This document shows, in pieces, positions 11,650 to 24,830 of a DNA stretch of 64,000 bases. Both the position numbers and the translations under genes were made by a program. The notes beneath the pieces were generated by a model, which did not search any database, was not told where the DNA came from, and worked only from the letters and a program-made list of their open reading frames with translations. Numbering within the stretch: position 1 is the first letter of the stretch; the number at the start of each line of letters is the position of its first letter. Source of the stretch: Raillietiella orientalis (Eukaryota); assembly GCA_036172245.1 (NCBI GenBank), contig JAYWIR010000020.1:2604001-2668000 (forward strand), in the 5' to 3' direction.

Positions 11650-13950
11650 GATGTCCGCTCACGTACGTGTTCATCAGTGTGATTGGTCTCTAGGTGCGTA
11701 AACATCATACACTTTATCTTGCCTATTTGGAAGCTCACAAGATCCAACTTCTGTTTCTCTTGCTTCTGTAAAGAGAATCAACTGCTCTTTTCATTGGTGA
11801 TGAATAACTCGTGGATAAGAGTAGACGAAGCACAGTCCATTGATCTGATCTGTACTTGTCTTCATTTGCCCACATGGTGCGGCTATTTTTTGTGTTTTTT
11901 TTTGCTGACAGGCAGTTGCAAGTTGATTAGCCTTGCTCTAAACTGCTCTGCAGTGGAAAGATGTTATTTCGTCAAAGAGTTTTCCTCCACAGGGTCACAT
12001 TTATATGGCAAAAGCGTTGAAGTATAGATTCTCTCGCTATCTTGGATTGGTTGTCTTATCCTCCTTCTTCTGGGCTATGGATCTCGTATGAACTATCTGC
12101 GTCTATGTACGAGATATTAGATGTCCTCGTTGAACAGCACACTATTTGATGTCTATTTCTAGCAGTGTATTCCATGATGCCCTTGATTAAGAAACTTCGT
12201 TCTTTACTGTTCCTGCTCTTTAGTACCAAACCTGGTGCAATGAGAAAGTTGTACTGCTTCTTCGCTATGCTTAATAAGCACTACAGGGTTACGTGTGCAC
12301 GCTGTTCTCTGCCTTCTTACTTGACCAACGAGGATTTCCATCTCAGTTTTTCTGGGCACCACAGATTTTCCTTTCATATTCTTGTCATGCCCCCCCCCTC
12401 TAGCATTAGCAAGGGAAGATATAAACTGCAGAGACTGCATTTATTATTAAAGATGTCTTACAGTACCCTCTGCCAAATTTGGCGTTCGCTGTTTCGGCTT
12501 TGCCCTCACTGGAGAACCACATTATAGAAGATGTGCCAGACCTGAATTTTCAATGCCAGGTAATCCTGTAACATTGTGCCTAAGTTCACTTTTTCATCAC
12601 TGGGTTTTCAAGAAGTACGTCTTTTCAAAAGCTCCTCTTGCACCACTGACGTCCTGCATTGGATCTCGAGTTTTGAGGAAAATCCATTTCCCGCACCGTT
12701 ATTCCTGGTCAGATCGCATATCCCTACTTCTGAGCGATGTATATGGATACTTTTCCTTCAGATTGAGGAACACTTCATAGGGTGTCTATCGCTGGGCGCT
12801 CGCAATCTTTCAAGACTTTTGATATAACCACCGGGATCGTGAATGCTGTCGGAACAAACATATAGGAGGATGGCAAAGAATTTTTGTCAGTTCTGCTTGA
12901 ATATGCCTTGTTGCTTCTCAGAACTCCATCCTGAAGCTATGGATTGGTGTTTAGTTGGTGTTTTAAGTGATTTCAGCGTCCTACTGTGCATTTATCTTGC
13001 TTGTGAGGGTCGTCATGGGATCAGTCCAGTTGTTCGGCATCAAGAAGTATTTGAGAGTCGTTAATCATCCAATTTTCGACTTGCGAAAAGGTTCCTAGTG
13101 TCAAGCAAATTCCTTGCATGATTAAGGTCTTTTATTCCAGCCCTACTTTCTTTCCTTGGCCGACACACTTTTTCATTTTACTCTGCACCTTTCTTTCCAC
13201 ACCAGTGCTTGTGTAATTTCTTTCTTGCCTTTGGTGGGATCTTGAAAGAAGCTTCCCTGAGCGCTCCGTTTTCAAGAGGGGTGTCATTCCAACGATCTTT
13301 TCCTCCGAGGGAAAACTCGGAGATATACTGTCTTACAGCTCCTTCCTCCACATAGACACGCTTCCCATGTCAAGATGCTGTGCACGTACGTTCTCTCGAG
13401 AAGTCGACCCTTGATATATAGAAGCTCCTACACGAAAATGCGGGATTTAAAGATTGCTGATGACGCCCTCAAACCGTCTGTATTTCTCCGGACACTGGTG
13501 CACCGCTTTTCTCTATCTATTCCTTGTTTAGCTGGTCCAATTTGATCAGTACCATTCATTCTCACTGAAAAAAGCAAGAACCGAAGTCTCATCATGGAGA
13601 TCCCTCCAGAGTGAGGTTCGATCATTGCACTGCGATTGGACTGACCTGTGAGATAACCCCAAACATTGGTTACTCGGAAGCATAATTTTTAGGCTGGAGA
13701 CTGCATTCGCGCGGACTCCTGCAAAGAAAAAAAGATCGTGTACGCGACCTGGATATTGCTCCTCTTTTTCCTGTAGTTGCTCAGGACCTCCTCCAACTGT
13801 TACAACGGTGCTTCCAGACACATAATGAACATCATGCGATTTCATTCGGATGTCACTTGGCGAGCGTGCCCGTTCCATCCACGTTTTTCTTCGACTTTCT
13901 GTCCTTGTTCTCACTCTCCGCATCCAGAAAGCTGTATCTGGAATCCTAGG
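11650..13950 (-). mobile_element. Highly degenerate LINE ORF2 relic (endonuclease + RT)
   Basis: Minus-strand remnants in order: KSRIFV (~SRIDRI), LPGIEN (~PGxDG), RRIRQ (~RGVRQG), WANED (~YADD), LFITNEKS (~GLxINxxKS). Confidence 0.45.
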
Positions 13951-14214
13951 TTGTTAGGGGATCTGTCCGTCGTCACGTGACGGCACTGTCAAAGACCTTC
14001 AAGCTGAGCTCCTTGATCTGCTTGGTCTGCGTACCTGTTTGCGCCTAGGAAAGCTGGTCTCAGGGAGGGAGCACAATAAGTAAAAAAAAAATGTCATGAA
14101 TGGGGGAAGAAGGAGTCGCCACAGTCCAGTCCGTCCATTACTGAGCACGCACCCGGTGAGGTGTCCTTTCCAGATTTGTGATTCCAATGAGGACACTTTT
14201 CCGGTTTATCGAGC

Positions 14215-15155
14215 CACAGCAGCTACTGGCCCTTGCCCCAGTGCTGCCCTCCCTTAGAGGAGCAAAGGACAGCCAACTTCCAGCGAGATGAGAAGTAACA
14301 TGCCAAACACAGAAGAAGAAGAAACAACTGGATGCGTGGACAACTCGGGAGTTGGAGGACGCTGCCATCCCGATTGTCCAGCCAAAGGGACTGCTACGCT
14401 GGAGAGAGCTCCTAGAAATCCCTCTGGAAGAGGTATGGCCCCCAGCATGCTGGAACAATGCAATCCTCCCCCTAAAGTGGCAGGAGTCAGCGATCCTGCT
14501 ATTTCATTGGGGGATCTCCCGTGCAACGCCCGCCGACACCACTGGACCCGGGGAAGAAGGTAAGCTCCAACTGCAGCAGGTGCGGAGAGAGAGTCCCTCC
14601 CACATCTGCTCATGGATTGTGTTGTTGCCCTGCGCCCTTTGTGAGAACGTTTTGCCGGGTCCCTGTGGCACCCCGAGGGCAACCCCAGAGACATTCTGAA
14701 GAGCCTCTTCCTGCGCAAAAGCCCTCACGCCGGCCGCATTCCTAGCAGCACTCCACTGCCGACGCGGGATCGTGGCTTCATGGAGCAACTCCAGAGGAGG
14801 CCAGAACGATAGGGACGTCATCTATTTTGCCGTCCTCTTCATGAGGATAGCGTCAAGATGGCCCCATCTTGGAATTGCCGGAATCCTTACAAGGATGTGG
14901 AGGACGCCCTCCAGAACCCGGTGATCCCTTCCCGAACGTTTCCAATTTTTTTTCGTATTTACATTTTTCTGTTTTACTCTTCTCTTTTGTTGGTTCCACT
15001 TTCCTTCTGCTGCCGAGGCGAATCTCGCCGGCCTGCGTGCTGGTTCACGGCAGGTTCCTGTTTGTATATGCATGTAACGTGGTAGGACCAAGCGTCCTGC
15101 CACTGACCTGCATCTTTATCTTGTATAAATAGACGCCCCGGCGCAACCGGGCCCA
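14215..15155 (+). mobile_element. 5'-truncated L1/Tx1-like LINE 3' end, family L, copy 1
   Basis: zf-RVT-like LPCNARRHHW..NCSRCGE..HLLMDC, with clear DNA homology to 33300-34210 and 61524-62059, including the 3'UTR. Confidence 0.8.
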
Positions 15156-15539
15156 ACACAGCAATGACCGGAAGTGCGGTCCCTCTCGTCGCTTTCCTAG
15201 GGTTTTCCTCGCACGGGTGCGCTGCAAGCGTCGCTGTTATCAGTCGCGAGTATGCTGCCGCTGGAAGAAAAAAGACGAGACTTCAGGAGGTCGGCCGAGG
15301 TCTTCCCGTGGCGCGAGGTTTCCAGCATCCGTCCCGCACGAAGAGCATCATGTTCCAGTAACCGACGAGAGAAGGTTCCCACGATCTGGCACTTCATTCC
15401 AGGGACGCGATTCTCCCCATCGGGTGGTGGATCAAGGCGCTGACTAGATAGGGATTTGCAGTGCAGGAAGAGCATTGGCGTCGTGCGTTGCTAAAGGGAA
15501 GCGTCGGAACATCTTACACAGCGGGTAGGCCATCAGTTC

Positions 15540-16000
15540 TCCGTCCTACACCAGGGGGTCCCCGCATAATTGAGGAGGTCAGTCGGTCAGCTAAGCGGTT
15601 GCACATCTCCCCCCGGAGGGCTTCTCAGCTTCTGTCATGTAGCAGGAGAGTTCCCATCCCACCAGTTGGCAATTGCCATTCCTTTTTTTTTAGCAGACAC
15701 AATGCTGTGGCCAAGAGCGTGACAGGCACTTATGTCCACTCCTTTGGGTTCCGCATCGCTTCCTAGAGAGAGGCTCACCCGAAGCGATAAGTAGGGTGAA
15801 GACTTCAGTAGGTCCGTGTCCGTCGTGTCATCCCTGCCGGTGTCGACCTTTCCTTTAGCCATCCCTGAAAAATCCCTGGTGAGTCTAAAGGGTACACTCC
15901 AGTGCCAATATCTAGCTACCGTTGCCATCGTTCGCAAATGGAGCCGCAGCTTCACCCTCTGTAACGTCCGCAAGTGTGGTCCAGCTTCCTGATATGAAGC
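15540..16000 (-). mobile_element. Possible retroelement RNase H relic
   Basis: EMCNRLADRLT resembles the RNase H C-terminal GNExADxLA. This is a single motif only. Confidence 0.22.
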
Positions 16001-16105
16001 GACAACGAACTTTAGCCTTCGACGCCCCCCTGCGAGTGGGACGTCGAAGAGCTCTCGAGAGATTTGCGAGAAAGGACACCGGTTCTATTCATAAGGGCCT
16101 GTGCT

Positions 16106-16588
16106 AGAGGCCTTGTGGCTGAGGTGATGGCTCCGAACGTTGCGGGTCCGAAGCCCCACGTAGGGGATCGGGAGTCGGGAAGGGGAGTGCGCCATGGGTT
16201 TCGAGTCTTCACTTCGGCGTCCTTCCAGGAATCAGGGAGTCCTTCGGGGTTCTCCTCCGGTTGTGAAGATGGAGCCGTCCATCTCGTACCATGAAGCTGG
16301 CGAGTCGACACCTCTCCAGAGTATCAAGAAGCACTCTGCTTCCTTTGGGAAGAATCCTTCAGAGAAATTTGGAAGCGTCCCTTCGGGGTTCTCTTCAGAG
16401 GAAGAGGACTGGACTTTCCCTCTGCTGGGCGTCTCTCCGGAGAGAATAAGGAAGAGGTTCCGTTTCGGGTTCCCTTCGGAGACAACCGTAACGATGGTTC
16501 CCTTCGTGGTCTCCTATCAAGTTCAAGAGGAGCAGGCTCCTTCCTCCAGGACCTTCCTGGATTGATAGGGTGGTCCCCTAAATCGAAA
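16106..16588 (+). mobile_element. SINE-like family S, copy 3
   Basis: Head AGAGGCCTTGTGGCTGAGGTG.., decayed B box GGGTCCGAAGCC, AGTGCGCCATGGGTTTCGAG, and a body ending CCTTCCTGGATTGATAGGGTGG..CCCCTA. Confidence 0.7.
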
Positions 16589-17479
16589 AGGAGGCAAGCA
16601 GAATTAACGGGTAGGAGTAGAGAAGGGAATTGGGGAAAAGGTCTGGCAACAGCTCAGGCAACTCTCTGCGCAGCGCAAAGCTGCTTCCGAGGACCGTGCA
16701 TGTTTTTTCCAGATTTTTTTTTCAGTGGATTCCCTCAAAACTTGCCATTTCCTGTACATGATGTAGGGAGGAGTCTCTCCTTGGAGCAGCCAAGTCAGAT
16801 CTTCCTTTTTCACGGCTTGAACCGAGTGCCCTCTCGTAACCAACCGATTTACCGAAAACGCGCGCGCGCGACCTCTCACGCCGACTCTGGAAGGCGGCAA
16901 CACGCCACCTTCTTGGATGTGATGGAGTCTCGCCAGCAGCAGCGGACGCATCGCTGGGATGGGTGCACCGCCCGGGAAGAGCTCTAGGGGCGGGAAAACT
17001 GGTGGCTTCTTCGCCTTCCCATGGCTCCGCAAGGGATGTTCCGTCCTTTTCTCGCTTAACTCCAATACTTCCTCCTCGGTCCTCTGCCTTGATCTCGTTG
17101 CAAACGTGTTGTGTGTGAATTCTCAACAGTCGGAGAGGATGACTGACGCTCAGCCAGAATAACTCGAACTAACTGTCCTCTAATGCCCACAGGCATCTGG
17201 GAGAGACTGAGTTTGAGTTGCTGGCTTCAGTGTCACCCATACTTTCTTTTGACCACTGCGAACGTCCACATCCCTCACTACAGTCGAGGTGTCCCTGTAT
17301 GTGGCTCGCTCCAAAGGCTCCTAAGATCCAAGAAGTTTCGTTGGGAACCAGTAAAAATACAAGATCAGGCACCTGCTGTTTGAATTCTTGAACTCAGGAA
17401 AAAAGAAAACACGTAGTAACTTCAAACTTCTGTATACTTGAATGGCATGAGAGCTTCATACGTAGGTAGATTTACTTGA

Positions 17480-18403
17480 CCCTAGAAGAGTACCGTGGCG
17501 TCACAGGAACTCAAATGTGCGGATTCTCTGCTGTGGTCCGTGTTGCGAGGACGCCGCCCCAGCTACCTGTGACCTTCAGCGTGCCTGCGGTCGCAATTGC
17601 GGGTTGATCTCGTTTCCTTTGGTGTCCGACTGTGTCGTGTGCGTCACCTTCTTTTTCTTTTACGCTACACGTGAAAATGTGCATCCATGGCCTCTGGTAA
17701 TGGAATCTCCACACAAAGTGAATTGGGAGGGCTGGTTGGGCGCCATGGGAGAGGAGGAACCAATTGGGAAGAGTTTTCATCTGATGAAGACCAAGGTTCA
17801 GATGACGGAAATTCGGAAGCAGAGAGCGCACAAGGGGATGAAAGATTTTCAGCTGATGAAAGCGATGCGGATGAAAACTTTGCGAGTTTTTTATGGAACT
17901 GTTAGACGGGGCCGGGATAGGTTCGTACGTGGTGTCCATTGCCAACCACCTCGGAGATCCAAATTACCCAGTTATTTCCAGAAAACTGTTCCTTCGACCT
18001 ACCAGCTTGTAACACCTCACATGGAACGCCCGTTGCAATGCAGAAATTCGCCCCGTTCTTTGCGAAATTCCATTGCATCGGCACTGAATAAAGAAGATCT
18101 GAGGTCCCAAGAGGTTTCCACGACAACCTTTGACCGTCGATAAGCGCTGCGAAATGCGCCCACGTTCCGGAAAGAAAGGGAAAGGTGTGCCTGTCGCCCA
18201 AAATTCACCTGTGCCCAACACCGAACATCTTCATGTTGCCAATGCGCAAACAACTCACATAATGATTTGTAAAGATGATTGTAATTCATTAACAAAATGC
18301 TCAAATGCTCACGAAAAATTATTGAATGCTTATAATTATTTTGATTGGTGTCCTGTGTGACACCACGTAGCCATTTATGCACGAAATCGTTACCCTTCTA
18401 GGG
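17480..18403 (+). mobile_element. Non-autonomous (internally deleted) piggyBac element
   Basis: TIRs CCCTAGAAGAGTACCG / CGTTACCCTTCTAGGG, flanked by TTGA (17476-79) and TTAA (18404-07). Retains an acidic N-terminal remnant (EEFSSDEDQGSDD..) and a Cys-rich C-terminal remnant (KRCEMRPRSGKK..). Confidence 0.8.
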
Positions 18404-20014
18404 TTAATCTAGTGAATCCTAAAAGGAATTCCTTGAGTACATTGCACTGAAATTCAGGTATTTTTCAATTTGATGGTGCTGCAGGAAACAAATCCTGAAA
18501 GCTTACACTGTGGAGAAAATAAAATTATTCAAATCAGTAAATGCGGAAGTCCAGGATAAAACCAAAATTGCTGTACATCACAAGCTTAGAATTGGGGGGG
18601 AAAGGATCGTCGACATGACTGTTGGGAATGGGATAATTATTTCTTGTGATTGGCATTAAACATGCCACTTACCTGTCGATATTTGAACTTATGCCTAATG
18701 TTCGCATGTTCATTCAATAGGTTGAAACAATTATGGACTTGGGATGAGCATTCGCTACCATGTGTACAAAAGCATCTGTACTAAAAAAATGACAAAAACA
18801 AATACCAACCATGAAACTAAAAATGAGTTGCAAACTAAAAGTGTACAAAAGTAATTCAAAAAATGATGAAAGTGACCCATGTTTCCATCATCTCATATTC
18901 TCACGTGCATTCAGATGCTCTTCTACGCCAAATGTCATGATTAGCTGATGAAAAGTAACCATGGAGATCATTGGAAAGACTCTGAGGGGCTGTTTGGGGA
19001 AAGAGGTCATTTTCCTCTTCAATGAAGATTTCATAATAAATACTGTTTTCCTCCAAACGAATTCATGGCATGTGTTGATATTATTTTTGTCTGCCACCTG
19101 GAAAACGAGAGCTCCTACTTGGAAAATATGGAATATTCATATTTTGAAGAATATGAATTTTCCACCTTATATATCATGTAGAGGATTTTTCTAGGGTGGG
19201 GCCTTATCCAGTAGCTCAGATTGAAACAGCTGAAATGAATCCTTTTATTCGTTTTACATGTATTTAATAAGTAGGAGCAGCAGTTGGTAACCGTAGGTCA
19301 TACGAACACTTCTGCGAAAAAAAGTGTAACTTTCAAGACTGCTACTGTCCAGGAGCGCGAAATGCTGACTTGTTTTACAGGGAGGGCGAATTTTCCAAGT
19401 ACAACCGGTAGTATGGGGGGAAACAAGAAATTAAGCTAGAACAAAAATGGAAAAATCATGTTACGGCACGAAGAGAAGGTAGGTCTAGATAGAAATAGGG
19501 AGTGAGTGCTACGCGAGTGGAAACTTGGGTAGTTGACCACGGTTATCTCGAAATCTGCTTTGTGGATCCATTGACCATTGCCAAAATCATGGAAATTTCC
19601 AGTACTGCAGAACCACATGAAGAGCAGATGCTGCACTTGTTGTCTTCTACATGCTGCTGAAAAGACTGATTCCAAGACTTTTGGTGGTTTTATCGTGGGT
19701 TCACTAAACTGTTGTGAATCCAGGTGGAAATTTTGTGTATTCAAAAGTCCTTCCCCCTATTTGCAACGAAATGTGCGCCAGTACACAGTATCGATGGGAG
19801 CATCAAGTTTAAAGCGAACTGCTATACTTAAGGGTAATGGAATTCTGGAACAAATGCTCCACAAAGACTTTAAGTAATTACATGCCTTTATTGCTAATTT
19901 TGCGGGAAAATAAAGAAAAATCTCGTACCAAGCAGTGACTTTTGGTTGCTGAGGGACACTGAATTTTAGAAAATCTATCTACCATTCAATGTATAGAAAT
20001 TTGGAGAGCATTAA

Positions 20015-21365
20015 CCTGTGTTAAGCGAGTTTGGCGTCCGTGTACACGTTCTGGAGAGGCGCCACCGTGGTGCGTTTGACGAATGCCTACGCGGTGCGAA
20101 AGAAAAAAAAATTACCCTTCGCCATCAAAGTACGAAATTTTAGTAAAAAGTTAAAACAATCTCATGCCAATGTGTATTTTACTTGTATTTCGATCGGAAT
20201 TGCAATGTGACCTTCTTGATTTTTTATCAATTTTGAAGTGATGTGAGGTGTGCCAACCGAACAGAAAATTCCTCTTTCTCTTTTTACATACTGGGTTTGT
20301 TTGCATGCTTTTTACATAATTGAAGCCTTAATTGAGGAAAAGAATAATTGGCAAAAATACAGAGTATGGTGAGCATTATGCTCAGTGTAAGACCGCGACT
20401 CGCATCGTTCTTGAACTTCGTCATGACCTCTTAGGCCAGGGATATCAATTCTGTCTGGATAACTGGTACATAAGTACAGAACTCGCACAGAAACCATGTA
20501 CTTGCAAGGAAGACAGTATTGGTACAATGCTACAGCAGAGACTTGGTATTCCTGAAGACATGAAAACCACTTCTCTAAGGAAGGGTCAGTACATTGCAAG
20601 ATATAACAAGAAAGTAATGTGATTGAAGTAACGGGACAAAAGGGATGTACAGTTCCTCAGTACGATACACGGTGCCGATGAGATGGATGCAGAGGAACGA
20701 GGTGTTGTAAAAGGAAAGCGTAAAGTGGTTTTTGAGTAGGGAAAAAAAAATGGGTGGAGTGTACAGAAGCGATGGTACAATTGCAGCACATACTCTGGCA
20801 AGAAAGAGGTTAAAGAAATATTACAGGAAAATATCTCTTCATCTTTTAGACGTTATGCGCTTGAATCCATATTTATTACATAAGAAAAAGAATGGGAAAT
20901 CAAATCGATTCGATTTTTTTGCTCGAGTATGGAACGACTTATTGAGGAATCCCCACCTCAAGCAACTGGGACAGCTGCTGGACCAACTGTGAGTGCCAAG
21001 CCTACACGTCTCGCCGGAAAGCCTTTTCCAAATTCTATACCATCTACACCATCCAATTGGAGCACATCTGGAAGATGTATGTGTCGTGTGTTCCAAAAAT
21101 GGCGCTCGCGAGGAAACACGATGTCGGTGCTGAACCTGCGAGGTGCTGAATTTCTCATGAGTTCTTTTATTTTTCTTATGTATGAACTTTCCTATTTTCT
21201 GTGCGGCATCGAAGTTTTCATACATAATTTGTTTTTTCATTGAAATTCACAATGGATGCATTCTCTGTGCGTTTGACGTGTGCATTCGTCTTCGCCAATT
21301 TGAATTCACGCGCCCACGGGTGCTCTTTGGAAACAAAAAAAAACAAAAACGACTCGCTCAGCAGG
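20015..21365 (+). mobile_element. piggyBac (PGBD4-like) element with truncated, pseudogenised transposase
   Basis: TTAA TSD (20011-14, 21366-69) and imperfect TIRs CCTGTGTTAAGCGAGT / ACTCGCTCAGCAGG. Motifs: GQGYQFCLDNWYISTEL, RDKRDVQFLSTIH, KKMGGV, KYYRKISLHLLD, and a C-terminal Cys-rich domain. Confidence 0.9.
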
Positions 21366-23599
21366 TTAATTCGATGAATTGAGCTACTAATTTGACATAG
21401 GGAGAGATGGGAGGAGGGGGAGGGGGAACGATTGCAAATATGAAATGCCTGAGGAAAATTAACAGGAATCAGCAAATCGAATTATATTTAGAAACCATTT
21501 CTGAGCTGCTGGGCATCGGTTAGCATGCTTTTGTCCCATCTCTGAGAAACAGTTTGAATTGTGCAGATGATGGTTATGTGGGGAAGACAAATGTGAATTG
21601 GAGCGATCAGTTTCTTGTTAGGTTGCTTCGTGTGTCATTCCGTCAAACCTAAAAGAAAAAATAAAAAAATAAAGCTTCCTCAGCAACGTTCAAAGGGACT
21701 TTGCTTCGGACTTTCTATGATTTGGGATCCTCTGAAATGGCAAGAGTTAGGAAACTATGAACACTATGTGTTACTCCGTGAGACCACGTGTAGTTTACAC
21801 AACAAAACTGAATACATTAATCAATGAATGTCTGGAAGTGTACAAAGTGTGCTCCGAATGGAATGACCATCAAGTGGATTTTAGTACTTGGTAACCTTTA
21901 CAGCAATTCTCCTTGTTTCTTTCATAGAAGTAATTCGGAGAAATAATTCAAATGACATGATCTGTTGTAGTCAGCTGTGTCAAGACACCAGAAGAAACCT
22001 GAAGACAGTTTATCGAAAAAGCATCTCGATCTGTAGAGTAATCAGAATTCGAAACCCATTTTTCATGCATGCCACCCTGGAATTAATTTTTATTTCTATT
22101 AAAAATTCCAACAGCAGTGCGAAATACTTTAACAAGAGTTGCTTTGGTTCCATTTCACTTCTGCGGTTACCTTTGTGGGCGTCAGTTATTCAGAACAAAC
22201 TTTGGGCTTCCTTTACACTCATTTGAAACTCTCTTCTCTTTCTGATGAGCGTACGGATTTTCATCGGATGCATGTGCTGGACCAGCGTTTTTCCCATAGG
22301 ACTTTATTTGTGCCAGAACCAATGAGCTCTTGACAAGATCTTGGCGGCGAATTTTGAGAGATCCAGGCACATCATGGAGAAGCACTTCAAACTTCAGGTG
22401 GGATTTTTCAAGCTTGAAATGTTAATCGCACTTTTGCCAATTCAATCAAACTTCCCGCCCTGTGAATCGCCGACTTCACTCAGTTACCGATTTTCTCACA
22501 GTGGGTTACTGATGGAAGAGAAAAAAAAGGTGAAGATGAGCTTCTTGCTTTCCTATGTCTCATGTCTCATGTACCGATACCATGTGCATCTTAACCTGAC
22601 CTCAGGCATGAGCACTGATGCTAATTTTAAATTTCAGGTGAACTCGAACTTTCCTCTAGAGGTTTGTGGCACCAGTTTGGGTATGAACCCACCTCTTCAT
22701 CTACGCGTGACCGTATTGCATGTTTTTTTCCTACTAGTACGCTTTTCCGAGGTTCCTCGGCTTCCAATTTCTTGTCGAACTGAAAAGAGGGATGTGGTCA
22801 CAGCTGTTATTTTTCAGCCGTCTCTTCTAAGTAGTAAAATCTTGAGGAATTCCTTGGAGCGTATCACATGAACTGGTAGACGAGAGAGAATTGATTTAGA
22901 ATCTTCAAAGATCATGAAACAAAAGCGTCAAGATCCAATTACAAACTCATTACTCATTAAAGACCATTAAGTAGTAAGAATTCTCTAAACTCATTTATGA
23001 TGTCTTTCGTTCAGAGTGGTTCCCAGTGAACAGTTTGAAGAACACTTATTTCTCTGTCATCATGTAAAGAAGAATAAAGTCTAAGACGCAAACATAAAGC
23101 TTGCATCAGAAAATCATTGGAACCCAAAATTTTCAGGGAAAATGGAGTTTGCTGCTTTGCGCAATTAACGTTGTTAATCGTGAAGTGGAAGATCACCTTT
23201 TAGAGCAATTATTCTTACCGAGACTGCCAAAATTTCTTCTATGGAAAGGATGACTTCGTGTCCGTTCAGAAAATCTGAGATGAATCGTCACACTTTTGTG
23301 TAACACAGGCTCTGAGCTCAGATAAAATTTTCTTGCTTTTCTTTGAAGTTCAATTTAGTGAAGCTCATCCAAGTATTTATTTGGAATATTTGGACAAGCT
23401 GAAAAATCTACCAAGTGTTCACTTTAAACACATTTCATTTGGAGTTTCTGGCGTTGCTAACAGCTTGTTAATAGAATATTTTTTTCGGAATAAGATAATT
23501 AATCCAAGACATTGGGAAAATAGACAGCAGAGAACGAAAGGGCGAACCAATGATGTCGTCTTAGTATGAGGTGATGACACCAGAACGTCTGCTCAGTTC

Positions 23600-24830
23600 T
23601 CAATTAAAATTGTGCCCTTGCTCTCGACCTTTAGAAAGAAGGAAAGGCTGCCTGCGACTGATGAAGCTGGCCAAGGAGTCGGGCATGCTTACCATCGATA
23701 GGTGCTTCAAGTTACTCACCTGCCTAGACAACGCAGTAAAGAGATTGGCCCAAGAGACACTAAACGAGGTGGTCCAAAAGAGGATCCCCGAAATGCCAAC
23801 AGATAAGAACCTCGGGGAATTCATGGCCGGCACTTCCTCCGGAGAATTCGCACAGCCTGGCAGGGACGTCGAGAGGTTTTAGTCGAAAGGAAGAAGGGCC
23901 TCGAGGAGAACAAAAGCCCGCTAAAGATTTACTGATGGAGAGCCCAGCATGACGGTCAACGGCATCTTCAGCAGCAACGTGAGGAGAAAATTCACCTCCG
24001 GCGTGAGAGCACTGCAGAGAGAGAACGCGTGGCAATCCCTCGTTCAGAAGCACCTCAGTCAAGGGAGAGTCGTGCTGCATGTGAGCATGCACCACGCCAC
24101 TTCTTCCTCGCCAGTGGTAAACCCCTGAGATTCCATGACTAAGATTCGTCCATGCAGCCAGGTTAAATGTCCTACCAGTCAGGGCCGGGCCCAGGATGAA
24201 ACTAGAGAAACACGCGTGTCAGCGCTGCCGGACGGGAGACGAAACGCTGCCTCACATATGTGACAGACGCGGAAACCACGTTCATCTGTCCATTGCGCGA
24301 CATGACACGATTCAAGAGATGAGGAGCATGGCCGCGGTGGATGAGGCAAAGTGGACCATAGTGCCCACTAAACAGAAAGCTCCAGAAACGGATTCTCCCT
24401 TAAGACCGGACCTAATGATGCAGAAAGGAAACCGGATAATAGTGCTGGACGTCTGCTACCCGTTCGAGGGTGGAGAAGAGGCGTTCATCACACCTAGGAG
24501 GAACAAGCTAGAAAAATATAAGGAAATTTCCCTCCGACTGGGCAGAGAGGAAACAGTGCAGGATGAATCGTTGGCTCTCTGGGAGTCTGGATCCAGACAA
24601 CGAAGAGGTGCTCCAGGATCTCGGTAATTCCCAAGGAGTACTCGGAGAAGATGAGAAGCACCGGACGGTACTCCGAAGACATCTATGCAGTCCACGTCAC
24701 ACAAAGGACCGACAAACAGATGAAGCCGGAGAACCCCAGCGGTCAGCCCTCGCGAGACGGGGGACAAGTAGCCGAGGAAGCGGCAGGCTGAGGGACGACG
24801 AGCGCCCCAGGTGAGCAGAGGAGGAATTCC
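23600..24830 (+). mobile_element. NeSL/Utopia-like (R2-group) non-LTR retrotransposon 3' fragment with restriction-like endonuclease
   Basis: Motifs: IDRCFKLLTCLD; FVHAARLNVLPV; zinc knuckle CQRCRTGDETLPHI; RHD; LRPDL..VLDVCYPFE..NKLEKY (PD-D motif); LDPDNEEVL; SEDIYAVH. Frameshifted. Confidence 0.88.
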
